Source of the DNA: Ascidiella aspersa
Taxonomy: Eukaryota
Direction: 5' to 3'
NCBI GenBank assembly: GCA_963924565.1
Contig: OZ004613.1
Location: 22,196,001 to 22,260,000 of the forward strand
DNA length: 64,000 nt
Each line of letters opens with the position of its first letter. The first letter of the stretch is position 1. Under the pieces are notes generated by a model. The model saw nothing but the letters and a program-made list of their open reading frames with translations. It searched no databases and was not told the origin of the DNA. Shown here one piece after another: positions 12,001 to 24,625 of this stretch. Position numbers and translations under genes: made by a program.

Positions 12001-15000
12001 GCCTTGCACAGGCAGGGAGCCAAAATCACTGAAGCCTCACTCCTGTAGCTGTAAGGCTTTCCGGAAATGTTGGGCAAGTCCACGCGGCCGCAAAACTGCG
12101 CTCGGTGACTTAAATTAAACAGCGAGCCCGGATGTGGGCAACTGATTGCGAATCTGGCTCCGCAGACTGTTTCGCCTTGCTTTTCAAACATGGTTATCTG
12201 CTAATTCTCTGCTGTAGTTGCAGAAGTATATTTTGAGAGAGCGTCGGAGAAATCGCACTGTTTTTCGGATGATTAAACAAAAGCTTAGATCACGTGTGGG
12301 CAACCTGGGGCCCACAAAGGCTGCCCACCCCTATTTTAAATAACTAGGTATTCATCCTAGTCTCTTTAGTAAAGGTAGCGAATTAACTCTAACATTACAA
12401 CCAAGTTTTGTTCACTGAATCTCCACTCATAAAACAAAAACAAATAATTAAAGGCCTAATTAAGTAGTCACTGGCGTTCCAGTTTTTTGGTCACCGAAAT
12501 TCCGATGCTGCCGCCTCTGCGCCAATACGTGTGGTGAATTTCCCGGTTATTCCCCGTTTGGGGCAACTGGATCAGCCCTAATCGAGTGGGTGTGTTTTGC
12601 GGAATGAGGAACTGCGTGTTGTCCCGGAACAAACATGAACGAGTTGTTGTTGCCTTGTCGGGGAATTGCCGCATACTTTAGCTTGCTGCTGCAATTGCTG
12701 TTTGTGTTGCTGCTGCTGCTGTTTGCACTTACTAGTTGTATTAAATGTCCTCATCGTCCAAACTTTAAAATTATTGCTGTTATTTTTAATAATAACCTTA
12801 TTTTCGCATATTGTTTTATTAAAAAGGATTTTAAACAGTTTTTTTTTCTCAAACTGTAGACGAAGTTACCCTCTGATGAAAAACCCTGATACACACACTG
12901 CAAAGTTATAATTTGCTTTGTTATAAAAATCTGATTTTGACAAAACATATTATGCTAGATTTAAATGTATTTTAACCTATTAATATTTTGTAATTCTAAC
13001 TTGAATTGCCTGTTGGCAATGTTACGCGAACTGAAAAAAGTGCACAATATGACATTCCTAATGGAGTAGAAGCTACTTTGGATTTGACCGATTTTGAAAA
13101 AAAGATGAATGAAACCTGTTTTTTAACGTGCATCATAAAGCCGTTTACCGTGACAAATTATTGTAAAGGTGTTTTTTCAAACATGGTTAGCTGCTAATTC
13201 TCTGCTGTAGTTGCAGAAGTATATTTTGAGAGACCGTCGGAGAAATCGCACTGTTTTTCGGATGATTAAACAAAAGCTTAGATCACGTGTGGGCAACCTG
13301 GGGCCCACCTTTTTTCGCAAATGAGAAAAGGCTGCCCACCCCTATTTTAAATAACAGCGACCCTAGGTATTCATCCTAGTCTCTTTAGTAAAGGTAGCGA
13401 ATTAGCTCTAACATTACAACCAAGTTTTGTTCACTGAATCTCCACTCATAAAACAAAAACAAATAATTAAAGGCCTAATTAAGTAGTCACTGGCGTTCCA
13501 GTTTTTTGGTCACCGAAATTCCGATGCTGCCGCCTCTGCGCCAATACGTGTGGTGAATTTCCCGGTTATTCCCCGTTTGGGGCAACTGGATCAGCCCTAA
13601 TCGAGTGGGTGTGTTTTGCGGAATGAGGAACTGTGTGTTGTCCCGGAACAAACATGAACGAGTTGTTGTTGCCGTGTCGGGGAATTGCCGCATACTTTAG
13701 CTTGCTGCTGCAATTGCTGTTTGTGTTGCTGCTGCTGCTGTTTGCACTTACTAGTTGTATTAAATTTCCAAATCGCCCAAACTTTAAAATTATTGCTGTT
13801 ATTTTTAATTATAACCTTATTTTCGCATATTGTTTTATTAAAAAGGATTTTAAACAGTTTTTTTTTTCTCAAACTGTAGACGAAGTTACCCTCTGATGAA
13901 AAACCCTGATACACACACTGCACAGTTATAATTTGCTTTGTTATAAAAATCTGATTTTGACAAAACATATACTAGATTTAAATGTATTTTAACCTATTAA
14001 CATTTTGCAATTCTAACTTGAATTGCCTTTTGGCAATGTTATGCGAACTGCAAAAGTGCACAATATAACATTCCTAATGGGGTAGAAGCTACTTTGGATT
14101 TGGCCGATTTTGAAAAAAAGATAAATGAAACCTGTTTTTTAACGTGCATCATAAAGCGGTTTACCATGACAAATTGTTTAAAAGTGTTTTACCACCCCTA
14201 GCGTTCGGAGATATCTACACTAGTATGAATGCCAATATTGACAACGCCTATTGAACGTAGTGTATGTAGCCCCCATCGAGCGCTTTTCAATTGGGAGTAA
14301 ATATTAGGATTTCCCAGAAAAGCGTTCAGTCGTTTACATTCGCAGGAGCCTTGAGGTTTTACGGTCAGCTACTTGTTTCGTGCTAAGTGGATCTTTGGTG
14401 CTCTCTAGCGGACATTTTTACCTAGCCACCAGAGACTTTTTTCCTAAAATCGTTTCAATATTATCGACCTGTTTGTTTCACAACGTTGTTAACAAAATTT
14501 ATGTAGACATAGTCAAGCTTTTTAAGTGATTAATATTACAACTGTAAATTTAGCGCCAGGCAATGTTGTCGCAAACATATTTAGGGATACTCTTACTTAA
14601 TTTTAATTGTTACAGTTATATAGTAAGCACCACTATACTCTTAATTGGTGTACATACACTTAAATCATTTTTTTACCAAAACTAGTGGAAAAAGTTTGCG
14701 CTATTTTTGAAACTACATTAATAACAATAAATCCACAACTATACACTTTTGGTACCCTGTCCATGTCATAGAGTTGCCTCAAAAACGTTCAAGCTTGCTT
14801 CGTGCTTGTAAAGCTTTTCGATATGCCAAATTATTGTTTTTTTTTGCAGATTAAAGTGGAGGGAAAGCACGAGTTTGTGCATGCGGCGTGCACGCGCTGC
14901 TTGGAGGGATTGCACACGATCGTATGCAGGTTGTGCGACGCCAGGTGGGAGGGAACCCACCATCAGCTGGGTAAGCGGCTTTTTGTTATCATCATTTTCC

Positions 15001-18000
15001 ACAACTCGCAATATCCCGACCTCCTCGTTTAGTGGTCACCAAACTTAGCACGCACCAAATGCAGCCCGAGGCTTAAGTTCCCATAAAGCTAATATACGAA
15101 ATATTCTACACATACGAGAATATTTTTAGAAATATTTTATGATGAAAATCAACACAAAATGTTAAAAATAAACTGAACGATAATCCATAATGCTCAAAGC
15201 AGTTTTTTGTTGAATTTAGTTCCTAATTCCTGCATTTACCGATATTCAAGTTCATACAGTTCGACACGAAATGCTGTACCCGGCCCGAGTTTGCCAATCC
15301 TACATTTATTTGGCCCGCGATCGTCAGGCCCAACTGTTGTCTGACTCTTTTTTTAAAAAAGCTCAAATACCCCTGGTCTAGTTCTACAAGCGGTCTTATT
15401 TTTTTGGCGTGTTCGAGACCAGGTAGTTGGCGAGAATACCGTAAATTTATATTTTACCTTTCGGGTACGGTTTTTACACTATCCGGCTGCTTTGGCGGTC
15501 ATGTAGTATGTTAACGGTAAACTGTTGCGTATTTTGGACAGTTTTGGCGCGATTGCTGTGTTGTGTTGTAATGTCGTCGGTATCAGGGCGCTATGCGTAT
15601 CATGCGACCGGAATAAATGTGAAACGTATCCCTCTCTAGTGGCGATAACAACTTCTCGAGCTTGACCTTATTGTTGTAAAACCTTAAAATGGAGAGTGAC
15701 TTACCAGGGGTTAGACTCAGCACTTTCGTCGCGTGCAAATTATACCTATTTTTGCCTTACAAATTACGAAACAAATTAGCCTTTTCAATCCATACGTACC
15801 AAAATCGTTCTAAAAATTATTAATTTTCGTTGTTTTTTTTGTCGATATAAATATTTTTTCTAAAAATTATTAATTTGCGTTGTTTTTTTTGTCGATATAA
15901 ATATTTTTTTCAAAGCACGGCTTGCATTCGTAATACGATTTTAAACCCGCTAGATGGAGCTGCAGGGTTATTTTATTTTCTTAACCCAATACTACTTTGC
16001 TATAATTTGAGCAGTTCAATGTCTTGTTTCACTACCACCTTAATTGTCAAAACGAACATTCCTTAATTAACACCCGCATATTTTTCATTGCCAGTAGAAC
16101 AATTTATTGGACCATTATTTCATGTACCACCGCTATTGTGCGTGTAAAAACAAATCCCTTTATAACAAGTAATCCGGCTAGTGTTTCTATGAATATCGCT
16201 TTCGTGCGTTTAAAAATAAAACCCAAATAAAGTCGAATAATTTCGAACCGCCAAAGGCTAAGTGTTTCCGCTTAACCGACAGGTCTGGGAGAAAAAATGC
16301 CGAATCGACCGCCCTACAAAAGGCCAGCTTACTTCCTGGAGATAAAATAACAGAGGTCTTTGACCGCATTAGACTGTGCGAATAAGGCGTGCAGTGGGAG
16401 TGCCTGGCGATTTTCTAGTTAAAAAAAACTGCACTCGACTTCGGCGCAGAGAGGCCAACAAACTAAAAAAGAACGCCCAAAGAGCAAACAATGGCCGTAC
16501 CATGTCAGAGTGTTATGCCAGTGACGACACAGTTTGAATGTAAACAAGAATCTTCGTTGGCGAATCGCCAGCGCTCCAAATATGGTCGCATCGTCGTCGA
16601 GTGCCATATACCTACGCGTTGAAGCTTGTTGTGGCAAGGTTCGTTTCAAACTTCAAACAACACAGTCGCCTAATCTATGACATGGCAGGTTTACGATAAT
16701 TGCTGACCCATTGGGTCGGTTAGACAAGGCCGCTAACTCTTATTTATGCAAAAGGTTCCAGTTGTTTGTTTCAATGCTTACCTAGAAAGGGAGCTGTTCG
16801 GCGTTAATAACTATTTGTTGTGAAAACAACAATACGCGCCATCCGCGTTTAAACTAGTTTTCTATTAACTTAGAGCAGTGTTCTCCAACCTTTTTTGGTT
16901 TGGTGAACCCTTAAAGTTGTTGTGACGAACTTATGCACCCTGTTGACTTAAAAGGTAAATTGAGACAAAAATCAATATAAAAAATCATTCTGCATATCAA
17001 TATCATCATGTTAATTTAACCAAGCGGAGCTGCCGAATACCGTCGGTGAGAGTTCGATTATGTCTGCAGGCTGCTTTGCGAGTACTATTGCATGTCACAA
17101 AACAGCATTTAAACAAACCTGAGAACAAAAGAGCACTCAAACAAACTTATGTCCAATACTACTGGTTTATTAAAATTTTGTGAAGCACCTTTGTATACCT
17201 TTTTGTACTGGTGCATCCCATGCCTATTTTGGTGCACCCTAGGGTACACCGTGCACACGTTGAAGATCACTAACTTAGATCGAAACATGTTGTATTCTTG
17301 AGAAGGCCTTAGCGCAAATCTGCTGTAACATTGCTTTGGCCGCAGCCTTACATGGCCGAACACAATCGTTAACCCAACGTGGTTGATTTGGCCTAACAAG
17401 GAAGCACACGCTTGAACGAACGATTTGGGAGTACTAGCGGGACAAAACCGCCGCTGTTAGAGTTTATTGGTATGTTAGAGCCGCTTCGCTTTGTCAGTTC
17501 ACAGTATGCTAACTTCAAAAAAAAATTACACACATGAAAGCAACCACATAGTTTTAAACCTTTGTTTTTTTCTCAATTCCTCTTCATGTACCCGTGTTTA
17601 CTTAGGAATTATAAATACAGTTAAATATAAAATGTATTTATTTAGATAAATACATCCTAGAAGGGCAAATAATACTGTTGTTTTTTATCTCACGATTATG
17701 TACTTATCAGCAGGTTTCGTTTTAAAACCTATACACAGATTTAAAAGCATGCATTTTACCAAAATTTCGCAACCAGCTGACAAATAACAGACCTATATTT
17801 AAATCAGGTTCCTCTGGCAATATATATTATTTTCTACCAACGTTTCGGCTTACTATCCGGCAAGCCTTCTTGTTGGCTTTGTGTGTCCCTAAAGAAGGCT
17901 TGCCAGATAGTAAGCCGAAACGTTGGTAGAAAATAATATATATTGCCAGAGGAACCTGTTTTAAATATACTATGCCTGGTAGCAACAGCATATTTAACAG

Positions 18001-19554
18001 ACCTATGTTAGACATTAAATCTTCCCATTTCGGTTAAAATTAGCCATCGCGGCCGCTGATTTCCTATGGGTCGGGCGAGAATCTTACGTCTGCTGTGCGA
18101 AAATCTCTCCATATTTAGGCATGTCATTGCATGGTTCACTGGTGGTGATATAAAATCGTAAACGCAACTCTTATCGTATGGTACATTTCCTTTACTGCCA
18201 AATGCGTTGTGTGTTGTAAGTAACAACGACACTACTTCAATAAGTTAACAGGAGTATAAACTTATTTCAGTCATCAAAAAAGTTTTACACGCCAGACAAA
18301 TGGCGTTTTTGTTTCTTTAATCCAGTGATTCTCAACCTTTTATGATTTACGGCACCCCTTAATATCATAAATAGATTTTGGGCACCCCGACTGGAAATTT
18401 CGTAGAATATTTTACTTAAATGTCACTATAAATGGAACTGGAACAACACAATCAACTTAAAACATGTAGGACAATGTCGTTTGATACGATGGTCTCTAAT
18501 CGTACACATGGTGTATCAAGAAGCTTGCCAATTGAGCAAAAAATCTTTTAAAATTATTTAAATTCTCAAATACCTATCGACACCCTTGAGCATAAGAAAT
18601 GGTCCGCGGCACCCCGGTTGAGAACCACTGCTTTAATCTGTTTCTGTGTGTGGTGTAAAAATGTTGCGCAAGGTAAGGACAACACTTGAGTTTACAGAAT
18701 ATTATAAGTAACGTCTTGGCTAAACACAGAAGCACGGTTAATTTCAATCAAGTACAAATCTGCTAACAGGCTTTTTCTTTATTAGGTACGCTCTACATGT
18801 ACGACATCTTTGCGGCCAACCCGTGCTGCCAGCGCCGTCTCTGCTGCAAAGGTTGCGGTGAGTTTATCTAAAATTACACATTCAAAAAACAAAAAAAAAT
18901 CGCGGTTGCCAAAGTGCAATGCAAGTGGCTTTGTTGCCAAATCTAAAAAGAACGCTTCAAAGCAATTAAAAAATGGACTGCGATCCACTGGCGATATTTG
19001 TGGGTTTATAATTAATTTGCTACCGCTTTATAGCTGTGGCTTATTTATGTTGTGTAATATTGTGCCTAAAAATTGTTATTTCGACGATTTTCGTTGTGAT
19101 GTATAGGTTTTTAAAACGCCACGAGACCCTCGGTATTTAGTGCTTTGTCCTCTGAAACAATCTGTGTTAGACTCCTATTCAATTTATTTTTGCGCATCTT
19201 TGCAAACATTGAACAACGAAATAACATAAAAAAGAACACAAATGACAGCGAAGGTACCTTTCGGTCATCGAGTTGAGCTGCCCACATGTATACCCAGAAA
19301 GAACGCGTGACCTGTCGTTCTGTAAAGCTTTTTAACCTTCTAACTCTGTTTGCAAACCATAAAAACAGCGTTGATCATTTTTTCAAACCGTTGTTTTCCC
19401 CATTTTAGGATCGGTGGTCGTGGACATCCGAAGCGGTCTCAAGTTTTACAGCGACTACAGCAAACAGCAGACCTGTCCTCAGTGCGGACGCGCCGACCAT
19501 CACTTCATACACCCGGCTGACTCCTACCAACTCATGGGTCTCGTGCTGTCCTAA
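2911..19554 (+). CDS. HECA: Headcase protein homolog, 5'-partial spliced CDS: join(2911-3057,5356-5488,5958-6086,6463-7252,7850-7969,8508-8627,9376-9492,14850-14970,18786-18857,19409-19554)
   Basis: All exons have AG/GT boundaries with compatible phases (1,1,2,2,0,0,0,0,1,1). Total 1895 nt, ending TAA at 19552-19554. Translation carries the headcase N-terminal motif GRARSWSEKQRRQNLWTKRGYDLAYRAC and C-terminal motifs FPLVDGTMFLSP, HQLGTLYMYDIFAANPCCQ and CPQCGRADHHF. Confidence 0.93.
5356..5488 (+). CDS. HECA: HECA exon, basic KKKNRKKHK patch
   Basis: tattacag|GTTTG...GACAA|gtgagc; LNGDEAPDFAKKKNRKKHKDLPSLGAGKYAMLTEKSKSKPIPD; phase fits both neighbours. Confidence 0.82.
5958..6086 (+). CDS. 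HECA: HECA exon, Ser/Pro-rich
   Basis: tttctag|CAAC...CACAG|gtcagt; NNCRIRHHSTSSTMSVDQGYNSASPSTTDMSPYMFSPPSQHH. Confidence 0.85.
6463..7252 (+). CDS. HECA: HECA large low-complexity linker exon
   Basis: ttttcag|ATCT...TCACAG|gtcaga; GC-rich, matches ORF 6467..7300 up to EEKRSQ. Confidence 0.88.
7850..7969 (+). CDS. HECA: HECA exon, start of middle domain
   Basis: atgcag|GTAATC...TTTCAG|gtaagg; VISIPNEQYG...STTFKKRYDFSAFQ; acceptor is pyrimidine-poor but an in-frame TAA just upstream excludes extension. Confidence 0.8.
8508..8627 (+). CDS. HECA: HECA exon
   Basis: tccacag|AAGGTG...GCTCAG|gtaatt; KVLPRQHVNPYRIKMEGEGYGSDDLRNFILASLSLVKCAQ. Confidence 0.92.
9376..9492 (+). CDS. HECA: HECA exon
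   Basis: ttttag|ATGAAT...TTCAAG|gtttgt; MNCVVCGTDMPIYDHFPLVDGTMFLSPVCNGKTEKNCFK. Confidence 0.93.
9799..10028 (+). mobile_element. Internally deleted Tc1/mariner element with transposase remnant
   Basis: Imperfect TIRs CAGGGTGGGCCAAACGTAGGCTTACA / TGTACGCCTACTTTTGTCCCACTCTA, TA on both sides; internal frame reads RWPGRTGSIEWPPCSPDLTLMVLLFGSVIKNKVYEK. Confidence 0.8.
12181..14190. repeat. About 1-kb tandem duplication in a HECA intron (copy 1 12181-13173, copy 2 13174-14190)
   Basis: Colinear near-identical copies, both starting TTTTCAAACATGGTT; duplicated ORFs 12468/13487 and 12635/13633. Confidence 0.95.
14850..14970 (+). CDS. HECA: HECA exon
   Basis: tttgcag|ATTAAA...CTGG|gtaagc; IKVEGKHEFVHAACTRCLEGLHTIVCRLCDARWEGTHHQL. 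Confidence 0.93.
15808..15907. repeat. 50-bp tandem duplication
   Basis: TTCTAAAAATTATTAATTT(T/G)CGTTGTTTTTTTTGTCGATATAAATATTTT twice. Confidence 0.9.
16876..17272. mobile_element. hAT-type MITE, family A copy 1
   Basis: TIR CAGTGTTCTCCAAC / GTTGAAGATCACTA; 8-bp TSD ACTTAGAG/ACTTAGAT; homologous to 54311-54684. Confidence 0.85.
17794..17969. repeat. Near-perfect inverted repeat (78-bp arms, 20-nt loop), probable Penelope-like element remnant with degenerate hammerhead core
   Basis: Arms 17794-17871 and 17892-17969 have 2 mismatches; contains CTAAAGA-A-GGCTTGC(CAGATA)GTAAGCC-GAAACGTT; flanking 12-bp direct repeat TAACAGACCTAT at 17785 and 17995. Confidence 0.85.
18323..18630. mobile_element. 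hAT-type MITE
   Basis: TIR CAGTGATTCTCAACC / GGTTGAGAACCACTG; perfect 8-bp TSD CTTTAATC. Confidence 0.9.
18786..18857 (+). CDS. HECA: HECA exon
   Basis: tttattag|GTACG...TTGCG|gtgagt; GTLYMYDIFAANPCCQRRLCCKGC. Confidence 0.92.
19409..19554 (+). CDS. HECA: HECA last coding exon
   Basis: cattttag|GATCGG...TCCTAA; GSVVVDIRSGLKFYSDYSKQQTCPQCGRADHHFIHPADSYQLMGLVLS*. Confidence 0.92.
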
Positions 19555-21316
19555 ACGGCGTGACGTCACCATTGATGACGTACGACACTGCCCGTGTGTT
19601 TCTTTGTTAGTCGCTGCTTTGGCGATGCGATTCTCTTTGAGTTCAAAAGATAAATTTATCCCTATTGATTTTGTTTGCAGTAACGGTCAACACAGTCCTT
19701 CGTGTTAATGTTCTGTTTTTTTTATTCTACGTCGAACAACTCATTTGTGTATAATTCGTCTGCCCTCTATATTGCAGAGTTTTAACCTGACACCATCATT
19801 TTTTTCTATTTGGCCTTAATTTTATCATGAATCGCTCTCAGCTTTTTGATTACCCAATTCTGCGCTTTAAAACGTTAGGTTTATCTTTTGTTTGCGCTTG
19901 ATTTAGTAGGATGAATTTTTCTCGATTTCCCCAAAAATCTTGTAACGCAAATCAGTCGCTTAAAAGTTTCAACTATTTTTTTTTAGAGTTCTAAGTTTCA
20001 TTCCTCTTAGGGAGTCCCGCCGTTTCGTTTGTTAAACGTTTTTGTTGTGGTTGTTAGCGTTGCTGTTGTGTACTTGGCGCCCCTATGTTCCCATAAGCAA
20101 GTGTACATGCCAAAAACGGATAGGCCGAGAGCCCCCAAAGCAAAAAACCTAAGCCCTGGCTGTGCACCGATCAGTCCCAGCCGCATTTCTTCTTCGGCGG
20201 ATCTGGCCTGTACAGAACAATTTTGCTACCCTACCTTAGCGCTGTAGTATACGCTCGCTGTTGCTAACGCAGAGTGGTGTTGCCCGTCTTTGCGCTTTGC
20301 CGCTGTTTTTTGTCGTTCTCGAAAGTAAGCAACCAAATCGCGATCTTGTTAACCCTTTTGAAAAACGTATAACCAGTTTCGCTTTGGGGCAAAGTAACGT
20401 AGCAAAGTTACCCATTTGGCCGTGTGGTAAAATCACGGGCAGAGTCGCTTGCTTTGCGAATGTGTACACTATAACAAGGTGCTATAATGTAGGTTTTCTT
20501 TTTAGTTAGGCGTATATACGTCATGAGCCCGTATTACTTTTTTGCTGTAAACTTTGTTCAGTTTTCGTTATTATTACCACCAGTCCTCCCAAAGGCTCTT
20601 TTCAGACCAAATAAGCGCCACCTCTTATAAAAAATACAGCGATATGCCTATTCGGTTGCTCATGCAGCCAAACCATGAGGTTGTTAAACGTCTTTAATAA
20701 AATGTCCATATTATGTGCGCCAATCTACGAAAAACCCAAAGTTTGCATTCCGTTTCGCTTAGATGTTAAGTTCGATGTAAAGTTTCTTGGCCTTGCGTTT
20801 TAGGCCGCCCGACCGATAAATTGATAAAGAATTCTACCTGTTTGTATTGCGGTGTAACAGTAATAATTGTAAAATTATCGGCTGCACGTTATGCAGTTAG
20901 AGTGGTAACTTTTACAGCCGCGTGTAAAATGTATGCATTTTTGCCGTTGTAGACCGTTTGTAGGTAATTGCTATAGTCAATTTTGCTCTCGCCCAAGCCG
21001 ACAATTGACGTCATACCTTTCGCGTCATTGCGGCGATTTTTGTTATTAAATGCAGTTCTGTCACGCAGCGTCGTAGTTACTGTACAATGTACATTATGTG
21101 TGCAACAGCGAGCTTGAAGGGGTGTGTTGCTAGTTTGCCCCCCCGCCCCCCTATTATCCGCGCGAGTGAATCGTCCCCCGTGTACATTTTGAAACTTCGA
21201 TGTAAATATCGATAGAACTGGCCCTTCGATTGGTGTGTCAAAGGTGTTCTACACGACAATGATAAGTGTCCTAACTTTTCCCTCGTGAATGAATTGCGTG
21301 TTTCTGCACTTTAAAC

Positions 21317-21600
21317 AAGTGGCTCTCAAACTTTTGAATGGGAACCCGTTTTGCTCCTACCGGAGAAATTGAAGACCCAAACAATTTTTGAAACAAGTTA
21401 AATTGAAAAAGATCAACGTTTAATTATTGCCATTTGTATTTAAGTCGCTCCTCACGCAAACTAACTATCTGTACACAAGCTGAAAAGACTTATTATCATT
21501 AACGCTCAATGAGAAGGGTGTGCTCTGACAAATCACCCAGTAATAAAATTAAAATGATGTTGACCTTAAAAACTTCCTGGCCTGGGTTTGAGAACCACTG
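21317..21600. mobile_element. Degraded hAT-type MITE
   Basis: TIR AAGTGGCTCTCAAAC / GTTTGAGAACCACTG; TSD degraded. Confidence 0.65.
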
Positions 21601-22311
21601 CTATATATGGATACTTATTTGTCGTTTCCATTCGAGCTTGATTTCGCACCCTCGTGTACAATTGTAATTATGTTGCTATTCTTGATTGACTTATCATTTC
21701 TGCCGTCTTTGAACGGTTTCGGAATCTGCTGTACAAACGACGCCTTGTGTTGTAAAGCGCTTCTCGGCAAACGTAGTCCGTTTTGATTCCCTAAAAATAA
21801 TTATTCAGTGGCCTTATTTTAGCGTTATCGCCACCACGCAGCTCTAGTTAATAGTAATGCATTTTTTCTGTGAATCTACACTGGTTTCGAGCTATAACGT
21901 AACTTAAAAATGAGATTTTTTGCTTGACATTTTTAACGTGTAGCTCGAGCCGTATGTAAATGCTCAGCAGCCGATCAACGTAAAAACGCGCTGTTGAAAA
22001 CGCAGCGCTAAACCCCTGTACTACCGGTAGTTATAAACCCTATCCAATTTATGGGAAAAAGTGAATTCCAAACCGATTTGCTAAGGCGTTTTTCGTTTCT
22101 TTCAATGAAGTGTTTTGACGTAATGTATTTTGGCTTATACAGTTAGAATAATGATGAGTTGTGTTCTATTCGTCGCCGGTGGGAGTCGTTTTCTCTGCGT
22201 TTTGCCGACTTGCTTATTTTTGTTGATAGGAAATAACGGTAACAAACACTTGCCGGTGTGTTTTTTTAGACGAACGTGTATGCAATGCAGTCCTAGACGA
22301 AATGTTACTCA

Positions 22312-22516
22312 CAGTGTTTCTCAACCTTTTTTGCGGCGAGCCCATTACTAAGCGACGCAATTGCCTTCGCTATTTTTTTGTAAGCGAGATATAAGACATT
22401 GAATAAAACTAATAATTCAAATTTATATAAAATTAGCCATGCCTTAGTTGGTGTCCCAACCAAATTTAACGGTGAAACCAAATATTGGTTAGCAACCCAC
22501 AGGTTGAGAAACACTC
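22312..22516. mobile_element. hAT-type MITE
   Basis: TIR CAGTGTTTCTCAACCT / AGGTTGAGAAACACTC; no clear TSD. Confidence 0.75.
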
Positions 22517-24625
22517 ATTTAGTATGTAAGCTTAGTTCTTAACGCTCTTCGGTGGAATTTGAATGGACTAATTAATTAGCAATTTCCGAAAGGTATTTCA
22601 AAATAGGTTTTAAAGCAAGCTTCAAGGGGCAAATGTTTACAAGTTTATTTGGGCTAAACAGCTAGATGTTTGGATCTTTGTAATATTTCTTGATTACTTT
22701 AAAAGTGTTGTAGTCAGAATAATAGCCAAGCCAATTAGCAACCAAAATGTTGTTGTTAAAACGTATTGTTTTACGCAATTTATATTAAAACTCTCATTCA
22801 GGGGCACACTAAGAATTTTATGCTACAGAAAAACTAATTATGTTCAATAATAAAGCAACAAAGCGCCAAGAAATGCATTTGTTTTAATTTATTTGGTTGA
22901 ATTTTAGGAGACTTGACTCATTGGACTTGTAAAAGGTCCACACGTTTTTTTCTGGTTTCTGCTGAACTTGGATTTTGTAATATTGAAAGTTTAAGATTAT
23001 TGTGTTTTTGATCCATAAAACCTGATGATTACATCCATGATTATACGTTTGGTATCAGTAATATACCGCCCTAGACGTCGTAAAAACTTAATTGCTGGCT
23101 CATTTCCATTATCTAAAGCCGTTATGAGTTTTGGTATACTGGTCCTTTTATTATTTATAAACCCAAAGAACAATTACAACTCGCTAATTACCCTAATTTG
23201 TCGTGTCACATTAGCTGTACTGCCAATCCTCATTAGCCTACCTGATAACCCACTACGAGATGCATTATTAAAATTAATCTGCCACCTGGTGTAAGTGTTT
23301 ACAGCAAAACCCTATTGCCTTGCCTGTGAAGTTTTCTCAACAATTGTTTGTTTAATTATGAGTATTTATTTTTTTATTTTCTTTGAAGTAAATTACGGTA
23401 ATTAAACATCTGTTAGTAGCCATAAAATGGCCCAACTGGGTAATAGTCTCACAAATTGGAAACAGAAAACGTGTTTCACATAAACGAAAACTACCTTAGA
23501 CCAATACCAAAAAATATATCGGGTTTGACGCAAAAGGAATTAACTGAGCCATTAAGATATGACCAACTGACAACAGTGCTCGTCGTTTTGCAGACGGGTT
23601 TAGATTTATCTATCCACGAGGTGGTGCTATTGATCTTTGGGCCACTTAATACTTACGCGCACTGCTGTTCACATGGGCGTTAGCTATGTCGACAATACAG
23701 TACAATAATTGTAAAAACAAATTTAGGCTTAGCAACTCTGTTGCACAACGTTTACCACGACGTGCTCCGTTGTTTTTTAACAGAAAGTCTTTCGTCTTAG
23801 CTTGTTACCAAACCATCAACAGCAATCGTTACTACACATGGGAATAGTAAAGCCGAGGAGACAGGGCATAGTGTGGTTGAATTATATTGATGCGCCAGAC
23901 AGAGCACAGCTTTGTTTGTCGGTCACTTGTTTTACACCTGGACATTTTAATACAAAATGCCTCGCAGGTTACTGCCCACTTTTATTTTTCACATTTCGTT
24001 CATGAAATAATAATTAAAGTTTGGTGCACATTATGCCAAGGTACATAATATACAAACTGTGTGTTGCTGTGTACTTGCTATTAAAAATACCGACAAGCTT
24101 TTTGAAACGTTGAACACATATTTACCAATTCGTGCCGCCAAATTCGTGAAAAAGTACCGATTTAGCGTGCCAGCTGTCAAAACTTAACGATAATTTGGCG
24201 AAAACTATGTTACAACGCGGCACAATGATAGGCTCTGCAATTTTGAAGTAACATGAGGCAATTCAAGCAAAAGCACCCATGGGACACGAATGAAATGTCA
24301 TTAACGCGTTTTTTATGATTTCATATCACGGCGGGCTGAGCCACAGATATATGCCCAAATAAGGCTAGGTTTTGGTTTGCCGGGCAAAGACCTTTGTTAT
24401 TGTTTCTGATGATTTGCTGCTGTCACAGAATGTTTTTGCCTCGCGCCAAGCATCTACACAACCCAACCCTATAATCTGTTTAAAGGTATAGTTCTAAATG
24501 ATAAAATTAATGTCAATTATAACAGTTAGCTTACAGCGATGCAAAACCGTGCGGTATATTTTATCAAATTTACGTGACATTAAGAGCCAATCAAATACAT
24601 AATATGCATTAAGAGCCAATCCCAG

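Noticed and set aside
12873-12900. Other CTGANGA hits as hammerhead cores (also near 13893, 25861 and 43502)
   Set aside because: No stem II followed by GAAA
12635-13968. Poly-Cys, poly-Leu and poly-Gln mini-ORFs
   Set aside because: Produced by a degenerate (TGC/TGT)n tract inside the intronic duplication; no splice or composition support
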